Shown piece after piece: positions 35,901 to 50,100 of a stretch of DNA of 64,000 bases. Each line of letters opens with the position of its first letter. Positions within the stretch are counted from its first letter, which is position 1. A model generated the notes under the pieces. That model ran no database searches. It had not been told where the DNA came from and saw only the letters and a program-made list of their open reading frames with translations. The DNA lies in NCBI GenBank assembly GCA_009914755.4, contig CP068257.2:448001-512000 (forward strand), in the 5' to 3' direction. A program made the translations under genes and the position numbers. The DNA comes from the human T2T-CHM13v2.0 reference genome, Homo sapiens.

Positions 35901-38900
35901 GCAAGGATTACCCAGGTAATGTACCTCTCATCAAGGCTCTGTCTACAGGCACATTGTGATGTATCTCTGCACTGATCACCTAGGTCATGTAACTTTTTTC
36001 TAGGCTCTACCTACGATGGCATTGTGACATATCTCTGCACTAATCATCCAAGTGATGTAACCCTTGTCTAGGATCTGCCTAAATTATCTTTTTGACATAA
36101 CCCTGTACTGATCATCCAGGTGATGGAGCTTTTGTCTAGGCTCTGCCTAAGGGGGCATTGTGACATATTTCTGCATTGATCACCCAGGTGGCGAACTCTT
36201 CTCTCGGATCTGCCTATGGGGGCATTGTGAGAAATCTCTGCACTGATCACCCAGGTGATGTAATTGTTGTGTTACCTCTGCCTACAGGTTAATTGTGAGA
36301 GATCTCGTCACTGATTACCCAAGTGATGTAACCATTGTCTAGGCTTTGCGTACAGGGGGCTTTGTGACATACCTTTGCACTGATCACCCTGGTGATGTAA
36401 CACATCAAAGTTCGGCCTAAAGGAGCTTTGTGACATATCTCTGCACTGATCACTTAGGTGATGTAACACTTTTATAATCACTGCCTACAGGGAATTTTGA
36501 CAAATCTCTGCACTGATCACCTAGGTGATGTAACTCTTGTCTAACCTCTGTCCAACGGGGCATTGTGAAATATCTCTGCACTGATCACCCAGGTGATTCA
36601 ACTCTTGACTAGGAACTGCCTACAGAGGTTATTGTGAGATACCTCTGCACTGATAAACTAGGTCGGGTAACCCTTGTCCAAGCTCTGCCTTCAGGGGCGT
36701 TTCCACATATCCCTGAACTGATGACAAAAGTGATGTAACCCTTGCCTAGGCTTTGCCTACAGGGAACATTGGACATATATCTGCACTGATCACCCAGGTG
36801 ATGCTACTCTTGCCTAGGCTTTGCCTACAGGGAACATTGGACATATATCTGCACTGATCACCCAGGTGATGCAACTCTTGCCTAGGCTTTGCCTACAGGG
36901 GACATTGTGACATATCTCTTCAATGATCACTCATGTGATGCATCTCTTGCCTAGGCTTTGCCTACAGGCGACATTGTGACATATCTCTGCACTGATCTCC
37001 CAGGTGCTGTAACTTTAGTCTAGGCTCTGGCTACAAGGCATTGTGACCTACCTCTGCACTGATCACCCAGGTGTTATAACTCTTCTCTGGGATCTGCCTA
37101 CAGGGTACTTTGTGACATATCCCTGCACTGATCACCCAGGTGATCTAACTCTGGTCTAAGCTCTGCCTAAAGGGGCATTGTGACAGATCTCTGCACTGAT
37201 CACTCTGGTGATGTAAGTATTGTCTAGGCTCTGCTTCAAGGGGCCTTGTCACATATCTCTGCACTGATCACCCAGGTGATGTAACTCTTGTCTAGGCTCT
37301 GCTTCCAGGGCATATTGTGACATATCTATGCACTGATCACCTTAGTGATTGAACACTTTGGTAGGCTCGGCCTACAGGGGAATCTTGACATATCTCTGCA
37401 CTGTTAACCGAGGTGATTTAACTCTTGTCTAGGCTGTGCCCACAGGGGGATTGAGACATATCTCTGCACTGATCCCGAGGTGATACAACTCTTGCCTGGT
37501 CACTGCCTACTGTGGACATTGTGACATATCTCTGCACTGATCTCCCAGGTGCTGTAACTTTTGTCTAGGCTCTGGCTACACGGCATTGTGACATATCACT
37601 GCACTGATCACCCAGGCGATATAACTCTTCTCTAGGATCTGACCACATGGTGCTTTGTGACATATCCCTGCAATGATCACCCAGGTGATATACCACTTGC
37701 CAAGGCTCTGCCTACAGGGGCATTGCAATGTATCTCTGCACTGATCACCTAGGTCTTGTAGCTATTTTCTAGGATCTGCCTACAGGGTGCTTTGTGACGT
37801 GTCCCAGCAAGGATTACCCAGGTGATGTACCTCTCATCAAGGCTCTGCCTACAGGCACATTGTGATGTATCTCTGCACTGATCACCTAGGTCATGTAACT
37901 TTTTTCTAGGCTCTACCTACGATGGCATTGTGACATATCTCTGCACTAATCATCCAAGTGATGTAACTCTTGTCTAGGATGTGCCGAAATTAACTTTTTG
38001 ACATAACCCTGTACTGATCATCCAGGTGATGGAGCTTTTGTCTAGGCTCTGCCTAAGGGGGCATTGTGACATATTTCTGCATTGATCACCCAGGTGGCGA
38101 ACTCTTCTCTCGGATCTGCCTATGGGGGTATTTTGAGAAATCTCTGCACTGATCACCCAGGTGATGTAACTGTTGTGTAACCTCTGCCTACAGGGGAATT
38201 GTGAGAGATCTCGTCACTGATTACCCAAGTGATGTAACCGTTGTCTAGGCTTTGCATACAGGGGGCTTTGTGACATACCTTTGCACTGATCACCCAGGTG
38301 ATGTAACACATCTAAGTTCGGCCTAAAGGAGCTTTGTGACATATCTCTGCACTGATCGCTTAGGTGATGTAACACTTTTATAATCACTGCCTACAGGGAA
38401 TTTTGACAAATCTCTGCACTGATCACCTAGGTGATGTAACTCCTGTCTACCCTCTGTCCAACGGGGCATTGTGAAATACCTCTGCACTGATCACCCAGGT
38501 GATTCAACTCTTGACTAGGAACTGGCTACAGAGGTTATTGTGAAATATCTCTGCGCTGATAAACTAGGTGGTGTAAACCTTGTCAAAGCTCTGCCTACAG
38601 GGGCGTTTCGACATATCCCTGAAATGATGACAAAGGTGATGTAACTCTTGCCTATGCTTTGCCTACAGGGAACATTGGACATATATCTGCACTGATCACC
38701 CAGGTGATGCAACTCTTGCCTAGGCTTTGAAAACAGGGGACATCGTAACATATCTCTTCAATGATCACTCATGTGATGCATCTCTTGCCTAGGCTTTACC
38801 TACAGGGGACATTGTGAAATATCTCTGCACTGATCTCCCAGGTGCTGTAACTTTAGTCTAGGCTCTGGCTACACGACATTGTGACATATCACTGCACTGA

Positions 38901-41650
38901 TCAACCAGGTGATATAACTCTTGTATAGGCTCTGCCTACAGGGGGATTGTGACCTACGACTGCACTGATCACCCAGGTGATATAACTCTTCTCTAGGATC
39001 TGCCTACAAGGTACTTTGTGACATATCCCTGCACTGATCACCCAGGTGATCTAACTCTGGTCTAAGCTCTGCCTAAAGGGGCATTGTGACAGATCTCTGC
39101 ACTGATCACTCTGGTGATGTAAGTATTTTCTAGGCTCGGCTTCAAGGGGCCTTGTCACATACCTCTGCACTGATCACCCAGGTGATGTAACTCTTGTCTA
39201 GGCTCTGCTTCCAGGGCATATTGTGACATATCTATGCACTGATCACCTTAGTGATGTAACACTTTGGTAGGCTCGGCCTACAGGGGAATCTTGACATATC
39301 TCTGCAGTTTTAACCGAGGTGATTGAACTCTTGTCTAGGCTGTGCCCACAGGGGGATTGAGACATATCTCTGCACTGATCCCGAGGTGATACAACTCTTG
39401 CCTGGTATCTGCCTACTGTGGACATTGGGACATATCTCTGCACTGATCTCCCAGGTGCTGTAACTTTAGTCTAGGCTCTGGCTACACGGCATTGTGACAT
39501 ATCACTGCACTGATCACCCAGGCGATATAACTCTTCTCTAGGATCTGACCACAGGGTGCTTTGTGACATATCCCTGCAATGATCACCCAGGTGATATACC
39601 ACTTGCCAAGGCTCTGCCTACAGGGGCATTGCAATGTATCTCTGCACTGATCACCTAGGTCTTGTAGCTATTTTCTAGGATCTGCCTACAGGGTGCTTTG
39701 TGACGTGTCCCAGCAAGGATTACCCAGGTGATGTACCTCTCATCAAGGCTCTGCCTACAGGCACATTGTGATGTATCTCTGCACTGATCACCTAGGTCAT
39801 GTAACTTTTTTCTAGGCTCTACCTACGATGGCATTGTGACATATCTCTGCACTAATCATCCAAGTGATGTAACTCTTGTCTAGGATGTGCCGAAATTAAC
39901 TTTATGACATAACCCTGTACTGATCATCCAGGTGATGGAGCTTTTGTCTAGGCTCTGCCTAAGGGGGCATTGTGACATATTTCTGCATTGATCCCCCAGG
40001 TGGCGAACTCTTCTCTCGGATCTGCCTATGGGGGCATTGTGAGAAATCTCTGCACTGATCACCCAGGTGATGTAACTGTTGTGTATCCTCTGCCTACAGG
40101 GGAATTGTGAGAGATCTCGTCACTGATTACCCAAGTGATGTAACCGTTGTCTAGGCTTTGCATACAGGGGGCTTTGTGACATACCTTTGCACTGATCACC
40201 CAGGTGATGTAACACATCTAAGTTCGGCCTAAAGGAGCTTTGTGACATATCTCTGCACTGATCGCTTAGGTGATGTAACACTTTTATAATCACTGCCTAC
40301 AGGGAATTTTGACAAATCTCTGCACTGATCACCTAGGTGATGTAACTCCTGTCTACCCTCTGTCCAACGGGGCATTGTGAAATACCTCTGCACTGATCAC
40401 CCAGGTGATTCAACTCTTGACTAGGAACTGGCTACAGAGGTTATTGTGAAATATCTCTGCGCTGATAAACTAGGTGGTGTAAACCTTGTCAAAGCTCTGC
40501 CTACAGGGGCGTTTCGACATATCCCTGAAATGATGACAAAGGTGATGTAACTCTTGCCTATGCTTTGCCTACAGGGAACATTGGACATATATCTGCACTG
40601 ATCACCCAGGTGATGCAACTCTTGCCTAGGCTTTGAAAACAGGGGACATCGTAACATATCTCTTCAATGATCACTCATGTGATGCATCTCTTGCCTAGGC
40701 TTTACCTACAGGGGACATTGTGAAATATCTCTGCACTGATCTCCCAGGTGCTGTAACTTTAGTCTAGGCTCTGCCTACACGACATTGTGACATATCACTG
40801 CACTCATCAACCAGGTGATATAACTCTTGTATAGGCTCTGCCTACAGGGGGATTGTGACCTACGACTGCACTGATCACCCAGGTGATATAACTCTTCTCT
40901 AGGATCTGCCTACAAGGTACTTTGTGACATATCCCTGCACTGATCACCCAGGTGATCTAACTCTGGTCTAAGCTCTGCCTAAAGGGGCATTGTGACAGAT
41001 CTCTGCACTGATCACTCTGGTGATGTAAGTATTTTCTAGGCTCTGCTTCAAGGGGCCTTGTCACATACCTCTGCACTGATCACCCAGGTGATGTAACTCT
41101 TGTCTAGGCTCTGCTTCCAGGGCATATTGTGACATATCTATGCACTGATCACCTTAGTGATGTAACACTTTGGTAGGCTCGGCCTACAGGGGAATCTTGA
41201 CATATCTCTGCAGTTTTAACCGAGGTGATTGAACTCTTGTCTAGGCTGTGCCCACAGGGGGATTGAGACATATCTCTGCACTGATCCCGAGGTGATACAA
41301 CTCTTGCCTGGTATCTGCCTACTGTGGACATTGGGACATATCTCTGCACTGATCTCCCAGGTGCTGTAACTTTAGTCTAGGCTCTGGCTACACGGCATTG
41401 TGACATATCACTGCACTGATCACCCAGGCGATATAACTCTTCTCTAGGATCTGACCACAGGGTGCTTTGTGACATATCCCTGCAATGATCACCCAGGTGA
41501 TATACCACTTGCCAAGGCTCTGCCTACAGGGGCATTGCAATGTATCTCTGCACTGATCACCTAGGTCTTGTAGCTATTTTCTAGGATCTGCCTACAGGGT
41601 GCTTTGTGACGTGTCCCAGCAAGGATTACCCAGGTGATGTACCTCTCATC
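27000..41650. repeat. Two tandem copies of a ~7.6 kb (7,624 bp) beta-satellite super-unit of four 1.9 kb HORs. Pattern is A-B-B'-D | A-B-B'-D at ~99% identity.
   Basis: 7,624 bp offset matches: gtgactcaactcttgactaggaactgcc at 27063/34687; shared private variants gaaatgtctc at 27040/34664 and ctgccttcaggggcgtttcc / gacaaaagtgatgtaaccc at 29.0k/36.7k. Identical repeat-ORF peptides occur at 30891/38515, 31619/39243, 32797/40421 and 33525/41149. Identity decays before ~26.95 kb and after ~41.6 kb. Confidence 0.8.
30577..32482. repeat. Representative beta-satellite HOR copy: 28 monomers, 1,906 bp
   Basis: The marker gtgagagatctcgtcactgattaccc occurs at 30577 and again at 32483. The following copy (32483-34388) is ~99% identical. 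Confidence 0.85.
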
Positions 41651-43861
41651 AAGGCTCTGCCTACAGGCATATTGTGAAGTATCTCTGCACTGATCACCTA
41701 GGTCATGTAACTTTTTTCTAGGCTCTACCTACGATGGCATTGTGACATATCTCTGCACTAATCATCCAAGTGATGTAACTCTTGTCTAGGATGTGCCTAA
41801 ATTAACTTTTTGACATAACCCTGTACTGATCATCCAGGTGATGGAGCTTTTGTCTAGGCTCTGCCTAAAGGGGCATTGTGACATATTTCTGCTTTGATCA
41901 CCCAGGTGGCGACCTCTTCTCTCGGATCTGCCTATGGGGGCATTGTGAGAAATCTCTGCACTGATCACCCAGGTGATGTAACTGTTGTGTAACCTCTGCC
42001 TACAGGTTAATTGTGAGAGATCTCGTCACTGATTACCCAAGTGATGTAACCATTGACTAGGCTTTGCGTACAGGGGGCTTTGTGACATACCTTTGCACGG
42101 ATCACCCAGGTGATGTAACACATCTAAGTTCGGCCTAAAGGAGCTTTGTGACATATCTCTGCACTGATCACTTAGGTGATGTAACACTTTTATAATCACG
42201 GCCTACAGGGAATTTTGACAAATCTCTGCACTGATCACCTAGGTGATGTAACTCCTGTCTACCCTCTGTCCAACGGGGCATTGTGAAATATCTCTGCACT
42301 GATCACCCAGGTGATTCAACTCTTGACTAGGAACTGCCTACAGAGGTTATTGTGAAATATCTCTGCACTGATAAACTAGGTGGGGTAACCCTTGTCCAAG
42401 CTCTGCCTACAGGGGCGTTTCCACATATCCCTGAACTAATGACAAAGGTGATGTAACTCTTTCCTAGGCTTTACCTACAAGGAACATTGGACATATATCT
42501 GCACTGATCACCCAGGTGATGCAACTCTTGCCTAGGCTTTGCCTACAGGGGACATTGTGACATATTTCTTCAATGATCACTCATGTGATGCATCTCTTGC
42601 TAGGCTTTGCCTACAGGGGACATTGTGACATATCTCTGTACTGATCTCCCAGGTGCTGTAACTTTAGTTTAGGCTCTGGCTACACGGCATTGTGACATAT
42701 CACTGCACTGATCAACCAGGTGATATAACTCTTGTATATGCTCTGAATACAGGGGGATTGTGACCTACCTCTGCACTGATCACCCAGGTGATATAAATCT
42801 TCTCTAGGATCTGCCTACAGGGTACTTTGTAACATATCCCTGCACTGATCACCCAGGTGATCTAACTCTGGTCTAAGCTCTGCCTAAAGGGGCATTGTGA
42901 CAGATCTATGCACTGATCACTCAGGTGATGTAAGTATTGTCTAGGCTCTGCTTCAAGGGGCCTTGTCACATATCTCTGCACTGATCACCCAGGTGATGTA
43001 ACTCTTGTCTAGGCTCTGCTTCCAGGGCATATTGTGACATATCTATGCACTGATCACCTTAGTGATGTAACACTTTGGTAGGCTCGGCCTACAGGGGAAT
43101 CTTGACATATCTCTGCACTGTTAGCCGAGGTGATTTAACTCTTGTCTAGGCTGTGCCCACAGGGGTATTGAGACAAATCTCTGCACTGATCCCGAGGTGA
43201 TACAACTCTTGCCTGGTCTCTGCCTACTGTGGACATTGTGACATATCTCTGCACTGATCTCCCAGGTGCTGTAACTTTAATCTAGGCTCTGGCTACACGG
43301 CATTGTGACATATCAATGCACTGATCACCCAGGCGATATAACTCTTCTCTAGGATCTGACCACATGGTGCTTTGTGACATATCCCTGCAATGATCACCCA
43401 GGTGATATACCACTTGCCAAGGCTCTGCCTACAGGGGCATTGCAATGCATCTCTGCACTGATCACCTAGGTCTTGTAGCTATTTTCTAGGATCTGCCTAC
43501 AGGGTGCTTTGTGACGTGTCCCAGCAAGGATTACCCAGGTGATGTACCTCTCATCAAGACTCTGCCTACAGGCATATTGTGATGTATCTCTACACTGACC
43601 ACCTAGGTCATTTAACTTTTTTCTAGGCTCTACCTACGATGGCATTGTGACATATCTCTGCACTAATCATCCAAGTGATGTAACTCTTGTCTAGGATGTG
43701 CCTAAATTAACTTTTTGACATAACCCTGTACTGATCATCCAGGTGATGGAACTTTTGTCTAGGCTCTGCCTAAGGGGGCATTGTGACATATTTCTTTATT
43801 GATCACCCAGGTGGCGAACTCTTCTCTCGGATCTGCCTATGGGGGCATTGTGAGAAATCTC

Positions 43862-44135
43862 TGCACTGATCACCCAGGTGATGTAACTGTTTTGTAACCT
43901 CTGCCTACAGGTTAATTGTGAGAGATCTCTTCACTGATTACCCACGTGATGTAACCATTGTCTAAGCTTTGCGTACAGGGGGCTTTGTGTCATACCTTTG
44001 CACTGATCACCCAGGTGATGTAACTGTTGTGTAACCTCTGCCTACAGGGGAATTGTGAGAGATCTCGTCACTGATTACCCAAGTGATGTAAGCGTTGTCT
44101 AGGCTTTGCGTACAAGGGGCTTTGTGACATACCTT
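43862..44135. repeat. Two-monomer (~136 bp) local tandem duplication within the beta array
   Basis: gtaacctctgcctacagg[tt/gg]aattgtgagagatctc[t/g]tcactgattaccca[c/a]gtgatgtaa is repeated with gtgaga at 43918 and 44055. Confidence 0.7.
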
Positions 44136-47100
44136 TGCACTGATCACCCAGGTGATGTAACACATCTAAGTTCTGCCTAAAGGAGCTTTGTGACATATCT
44201 CTGCACTGATCACTTAGGTGATGTAACACTTTTATAATCACTGCCTACAAGGAATTTTGACAAATCTCTGCACTGATCACCTAGGTGATGTAACTCTTGT
44301 CTACCCTCTGTCCAACGGGGCATTGTGAAATATCTCTGCACTGATCACCCAGGTGATTCAACTCTTGACTAGGAACTGCCTACAGAGGTTATTGTGAAAT
44401 ATCTCTGCACTGATAAACTAGGTGGTGTAACCCTTGTCCAAGCTCTGCCTACATGGGCGTTTCCACATATCCCTGAACTGATGACAAAGGTGATGTAACT
44501 CTTGCCTAGGCTATGCCTACAGGGAACATTGGAAATATATCTGCACTGATCACCCAGGTGATGCAACTCTTGCCTTGGCTTTGCCTACAGGGGACATCGT
44601 GACATATCTCTTCAATGATAACTCATGTGATGCATCTCTTGCCTAGGCTTTGCCTACAGGGGACATTGTGACATATCTCTGCACTGATCTCCCAGGTGCT
44701 GTAACTTTAATGTATGCTCTGGCTACACGGCATTGTGACATATCACTGCACTGATCAACCAGGTGATATAACTTTTGTATAGGCTCTGCCTACAGGGGGA
44801 TTGTGACCTACCTCTGCACTGATCACCCAGGTGATATAACTCTTCTCTAGGATCTTCCTACAGGGTACTTTGTGACATATCCCTGCACTGATCACCCAGG
44901 TGATCTATCTCTGGTCTAAGCTCTGCTTAAAGGGGCATTGTGACAGATCTCTGCACTGATCACTCAGGTGATGTAAGTATTGTCTAGGCTCTGCTTCAAG
45001 GGGCCTTGTCACATATCTCTTCACTGATCACCCAGGTGATGTAACTCTTGTCTAGGCTCTGCTTCCAGGGCATATTGTGACATATCTATGCACTGATCAC
45101 CTTAGTGATGTAACACTTTGGTAGGCTTGGCCTACAGGGGAATCTTGACATATCTCTGCACTGTTAACCGAGGTGATTTAACTCTTGTCTAGGCTGTGCC
45201 CACAGGGGGATTGAGACATATCTCTGCACTGATCCCGAGGTGATACAACTCTTGCCTGGTCTCTGCCTACTGTGGACATTGTGACATATCTCTGCACTGA
45301 TCTCCCAGGTGCTGTAACTTTAGTCTAGCCTCTGGCTACACGGCATTGTGACATATCACTGCACTGATCACCCAGGCGATATAACTCTTCTCTAGGATCT
45401 GACCACAGGGTGCTTTGTGACATATCCCTGCAATGATCACCCAGGTGATATACCACTTGCCAAGGCTCTGCCTACAGGGGCATTGCAATGTATCTCTGCA
45501 CTGATCACCTAGGTCATGTAACTTTTTTCTAGGCTCTACCTACGATGGCATTGTGACACATCTCTGCACTAATCATCCAACTGATATAACTCTTGTCTAG
45601 GATTTGCCGAAATTAACTTTTTGACATAACCCTGTACTGATCATCCAGGTGATGGAGCTTTTGTCTAGGCTCTGCGTAAGGGGCATTGTGACATATTTCT
45701 GCATTGATCACCCAGGTGGCGAACTCTTCTCTCGGATCTGCCTATGGGGGCATTGTGAGAAATCTCTGTACTGATCACCCAGGTGATGTAACTGTTGTGT
45801 AACCTCTGCCTACAGGGGAATTGTGAGAGATCTCGTCACTGATTACCCAAGTGATGTAACCGTTGTCTAGGCTTTGCATACAGGGGGCTTTGTGACATAC
45901 CTTTGCACTGATCACCCAGGTGATGTAACACATCTAAGTTCGCTCTAAAGGAGCTTTGTGACATATCTCTGCACTGATCACTTAGGTGATGTAACACTTT
46001 TATAATCACTGCCTACAGGGAATTTTGACAAATCTCTTCACTGATCACCTAGGTGATGTAACTCTTGTCTACCCCCTGTCCAACGGGGCATTGTGAAATA
46101 TCTCTGCACTGATCACCCAGGTGATTCAACTCTTGACTAGGAACTGCCTACAGAGGTTATTGTGAAATATCTCTGCACTGATAAACTAGGTGGTGTAAAC
46201 CTTGTCCAAGCTCTGCCTACAGGGGCGTTTCCACATATCCCTGAACTGATGACAAAGGTTATGTAACTCTTGCCTTGGCTTTGCCTACAGGGAACATTGG
46301 ACATATATCTGCACTGATCACCCAGGTGATGCAACTCTTGCCTAGGCTTTGCCTACAGGGGACATCGTGACATATCTCTTCAATGATCACTCATGTGATG
46401 CATCTCTTGCCTAGGCTTTGCCTACAGGTGACATTGTGACATATCTCTGCACTGATCTCCCAGGTGCTGTAACTTTAGTCTAGGCTCTGGCTACACGGCA
46501 TTGTGACATATCACTGCACTGATCAACCAGGTGATATAACTCTTGTATAGGCTCTGCCTACAGGGGGATTGTGACGTACCTCTGCACTGATCACCCAGGT
46601 GATATAACTCTTCTCTAGGATCTGCCTACAGGGTACTTTGTGACATATCCCTTCACTGATCACCCAGGTGATCTAACTGTGGTCTAAGCTCTGCCTAAAG
46701 GGGCATTGTGACAGATCTCTGCACTGATCACTCTGGTGATGTAAGTATTGTCTAGTCTCTGCTTCAAGGGGCCTTGTCACATATCTCTGCACTGATCACC
46801 CAGGTGATGTAACACTTGTCTAGGCTCTGCTTCCAGGGCTTATTGTGACATATCTATGCACTGATCACCTTAGTGATGTAACACTTTGGTAGGCTCGGCC
46901 TACAGGGGAATCTTGACATATCTCTGCACTGTTAACCGAGGTGATTTAACTCTTGTCTAGGCGGTGCCCACAGGGGATTTGAGATATATCTCTGCACTGA
47001 TCCCGAGGTGATACAACCCTTGCCTGGTCTCTGCCTACTGTGGACATTGGGACACATCTCTGTACTGATCTCCCAGGCGATATAACTGTTCTCTAGGATC

Positions 47101-50100
47101 TGACCACAGGGTGCTTTGTGACATATCCCTGCAGTGATCACCCAGGTGATATACCACTTGCCAAGGCTCTGCCTACAGGGGCATTGCAATGTATCTCTGC
47201 ACTGATCACCTAGGTCTTGTAGCTATTTTCTAGGATGTGCCTACAGGGTGCTTTGTGACGTGTTCCAGCAAGGATTACCCAGGTGATGTACCTCTCATCA
47301 AGGCTCTGCCTACAGGCACATTTTGATGTATCTCTGCACTGATCACCTAGGTCATGTAACTTTTTTCTAGGCTCTACCTACGATGGCATTGTGACATATC
47401 TCTGCACTAATCATCCAAGTGATGTAACTCTTGTCTAGGATGTGCCTAAATTAACTTTTTGACATAACCCTGTACTGATCATCCAGGTGATGGAGCTTTT
47501 GTCTAGGCTCTGCCTAAGGGGGCATTGTGACATATTTCTGCATTAATCACCCAGGTGGCGAACTCTTCTCTCGGATCTGCCTATGGGGGCATTGTGAGAA
47601 ATCTCTGCACTGATCACCCAGGTGATGTAACTGTTGTGTAACCTCTGCCTACAGGGGAATTGTGAGAGATCTCGTCACTGATTACCCAAGTGATGTAACC
47701 GTTGTCTAGGCTTTGCATACAGGGGGCTTTGTGACGTACGTTTGCACTGATCACCCAGGTGATGTATCACATCTAAGTTCGGCCTAAAGGAGCTTTGTGA
47801 CATATCTCTGCACTGATCACTTAGGTGATGTAACACTTTTATAATCACTGCCTACAGGGAATTTTGAAAAATCTCTGCACTGATCACCTAGGTGATGTAA
47901 CTCTTCTCTACCCTCTGTCCAACGGGGCATGGTGAAATGTCTCTGCACTGATCACCCAGGTGATTCAACTCTTGACTAGGAACTGCCTACAGAGGTTATT
48001 GTGAAATATCTCTGCACTGATAAACTAGGTGGTGTAAACCTTGTCCAAGCTCTGCCTACAGGGGCGTTTCCACATATCCCTGAACTGATGACAGAGGTGA
48101 TGTAACTCTTGCCTAGGCTTTGCCTGCAGGAAACATTGGACATATATCTGCACTGATCACCCAGGTGATGCAACTCTTGCTTAGGCTTTGCCTACAAGGG
48201 ACATTGTGACATATCTCTTCAATGATCACACATGTGATGCATCTCTTGCCTAGGCTTTGCCTACAGGGGACATTGTGACATATCCCTGCACTGATCTCCC
48301 AGGTGCTGTAACTTTAGTCTAGGCTCTGTCTACACGGCATTGTGACATATCACTGCACTGATCAACCAGGTGATATAACTCTTGTATTGGCTCTGCCTAA
48401 AGGGGGATTGTGACCTACCTCTGCACTGATCACCCAGGTGATATAACTCTTCTCTAGGATCTTCCTACAGGGTACTTTGTGACATATCCCCGCACTGATC
48501 ACCCAGGTGATCCATCTCTGGTCTAAGCTCTGCCTAAAGGGGCATTGTGACAGATCTCTGCACTGATCACTCAGGTGATGTAATTAATGTCTAGGCTCTG
48601 CTTCAAGGGGCCTTGTCACATATGTCTGCACTGATCACCTAGGTAATGTAACTCTTGTCTAGGCTCTGCTTCCAGGGCATATTGTGACATATCTATGCAC
48701 TGATCACCTTAGTGATGTAACACTTTTGTAGGCTCGGCCTACAGGGGAATCTTGACATATCTCTGCACTGTTAACCGAGGTGATGTAACACTTGTCTAGA
48801 CTGTGCCCACAGGGGGATTGAGTCATATCTCTGCACTGATCCCGAGGTGATACAACTCTTGCCTGGTCTCTGCCTACTGTGGACATTGTGACATATCTCT
48901 GCACTGATCCCCCAGGTGCTGTAACTTTAGTCTAGGCTCTGGGCACACGGCATTGTGACATATCACTGCACTGATCACCCAGGCGATATAACTGTTCTCT
49001 AAGATCTGACCACAGGGTGCTTTGTGACATATCCCTGCAATGATCACCCAGGTGATATACCACTTGCCAAGGCTCTGCCTACAGGGGCATTGCAATGTAT
49101 CTCTGCACTGATCACCTAGGTCTTGTAGCTATTTTCTAGGATCTGCCTACAGGGTGCTTTGTGACGTGTCCCAGCAAGGATTACCCAGGTGATGTAGCTC
49201 TCATCAAGGCTCTGCCTACAGGCACTTTGTGATGTATCTCTGCACTGATCACCTAGGTCATGTAACTTTTTTCTAGGCTCTACCTACGATGGCATTGTGA
49301 CATATCTCTGCACTAATCATCCAAGTGATGTAACCCTAGTCTATGATGTGCCTAAATTAACTTTTTGACATAACCCTGTACTGATCATCCAGGTGATGGA
49401 GCTTTTGTCTAGGCTCTGCCTAAGGGGGCATTGTGACATTATTCTGCATTGATCACCCAGGTGGCGAACTCTTCTCTCGTATCTGCCTATGGGGGCATTG
49501 TGAGAAACCTCTGCACTGATCACCCAGGTGATGTAACTGTTGTGTAACCTCTGCCTACAGGGGAATTGTGAGAGATCTCGTCACTGATTACCCAAGTGAT
49601 GTAACCGTTGTCTAGGCTTTGCATACAGGGGGCTTTGTGACATACCTTTGCACTGATCAGCCAGGTGATGTAACACATCTAAGTTCGGCCTAAAGGAGCT
49701 TTGTGACATATCTCTGCACTGATCACTTAGGTGATGTAACACTTTTATAATCACTGCCTACAGGGAATTTTGACAAATCTCTGCACTGATCACCTAGGGG
49801 ATGTAACTCTTGTCTACCCTCTGTCCAACGGGGCATTGTGAAATATCTCTGCACTGATCGCCCAGGTGATTCAACTCTTGACTAGGAACTGCCTACAGAG
49901 GTTATTGTGAAATATCTCTGCACTGATAAACTAGGTGGTGTAACCCTTGTCCAAGCTCTGCCTGCAGGGGCCTTTCCACATATCCCTGAACTGATGACAG
50001 AGGTGATGTAACTCTTGCCTAGGCTTTGCCTACAGGGAGCATTGGACATATATCTACACTGATCACCCAGGTGATGCAACTCTTGCCTAGGCTTTGCCTA

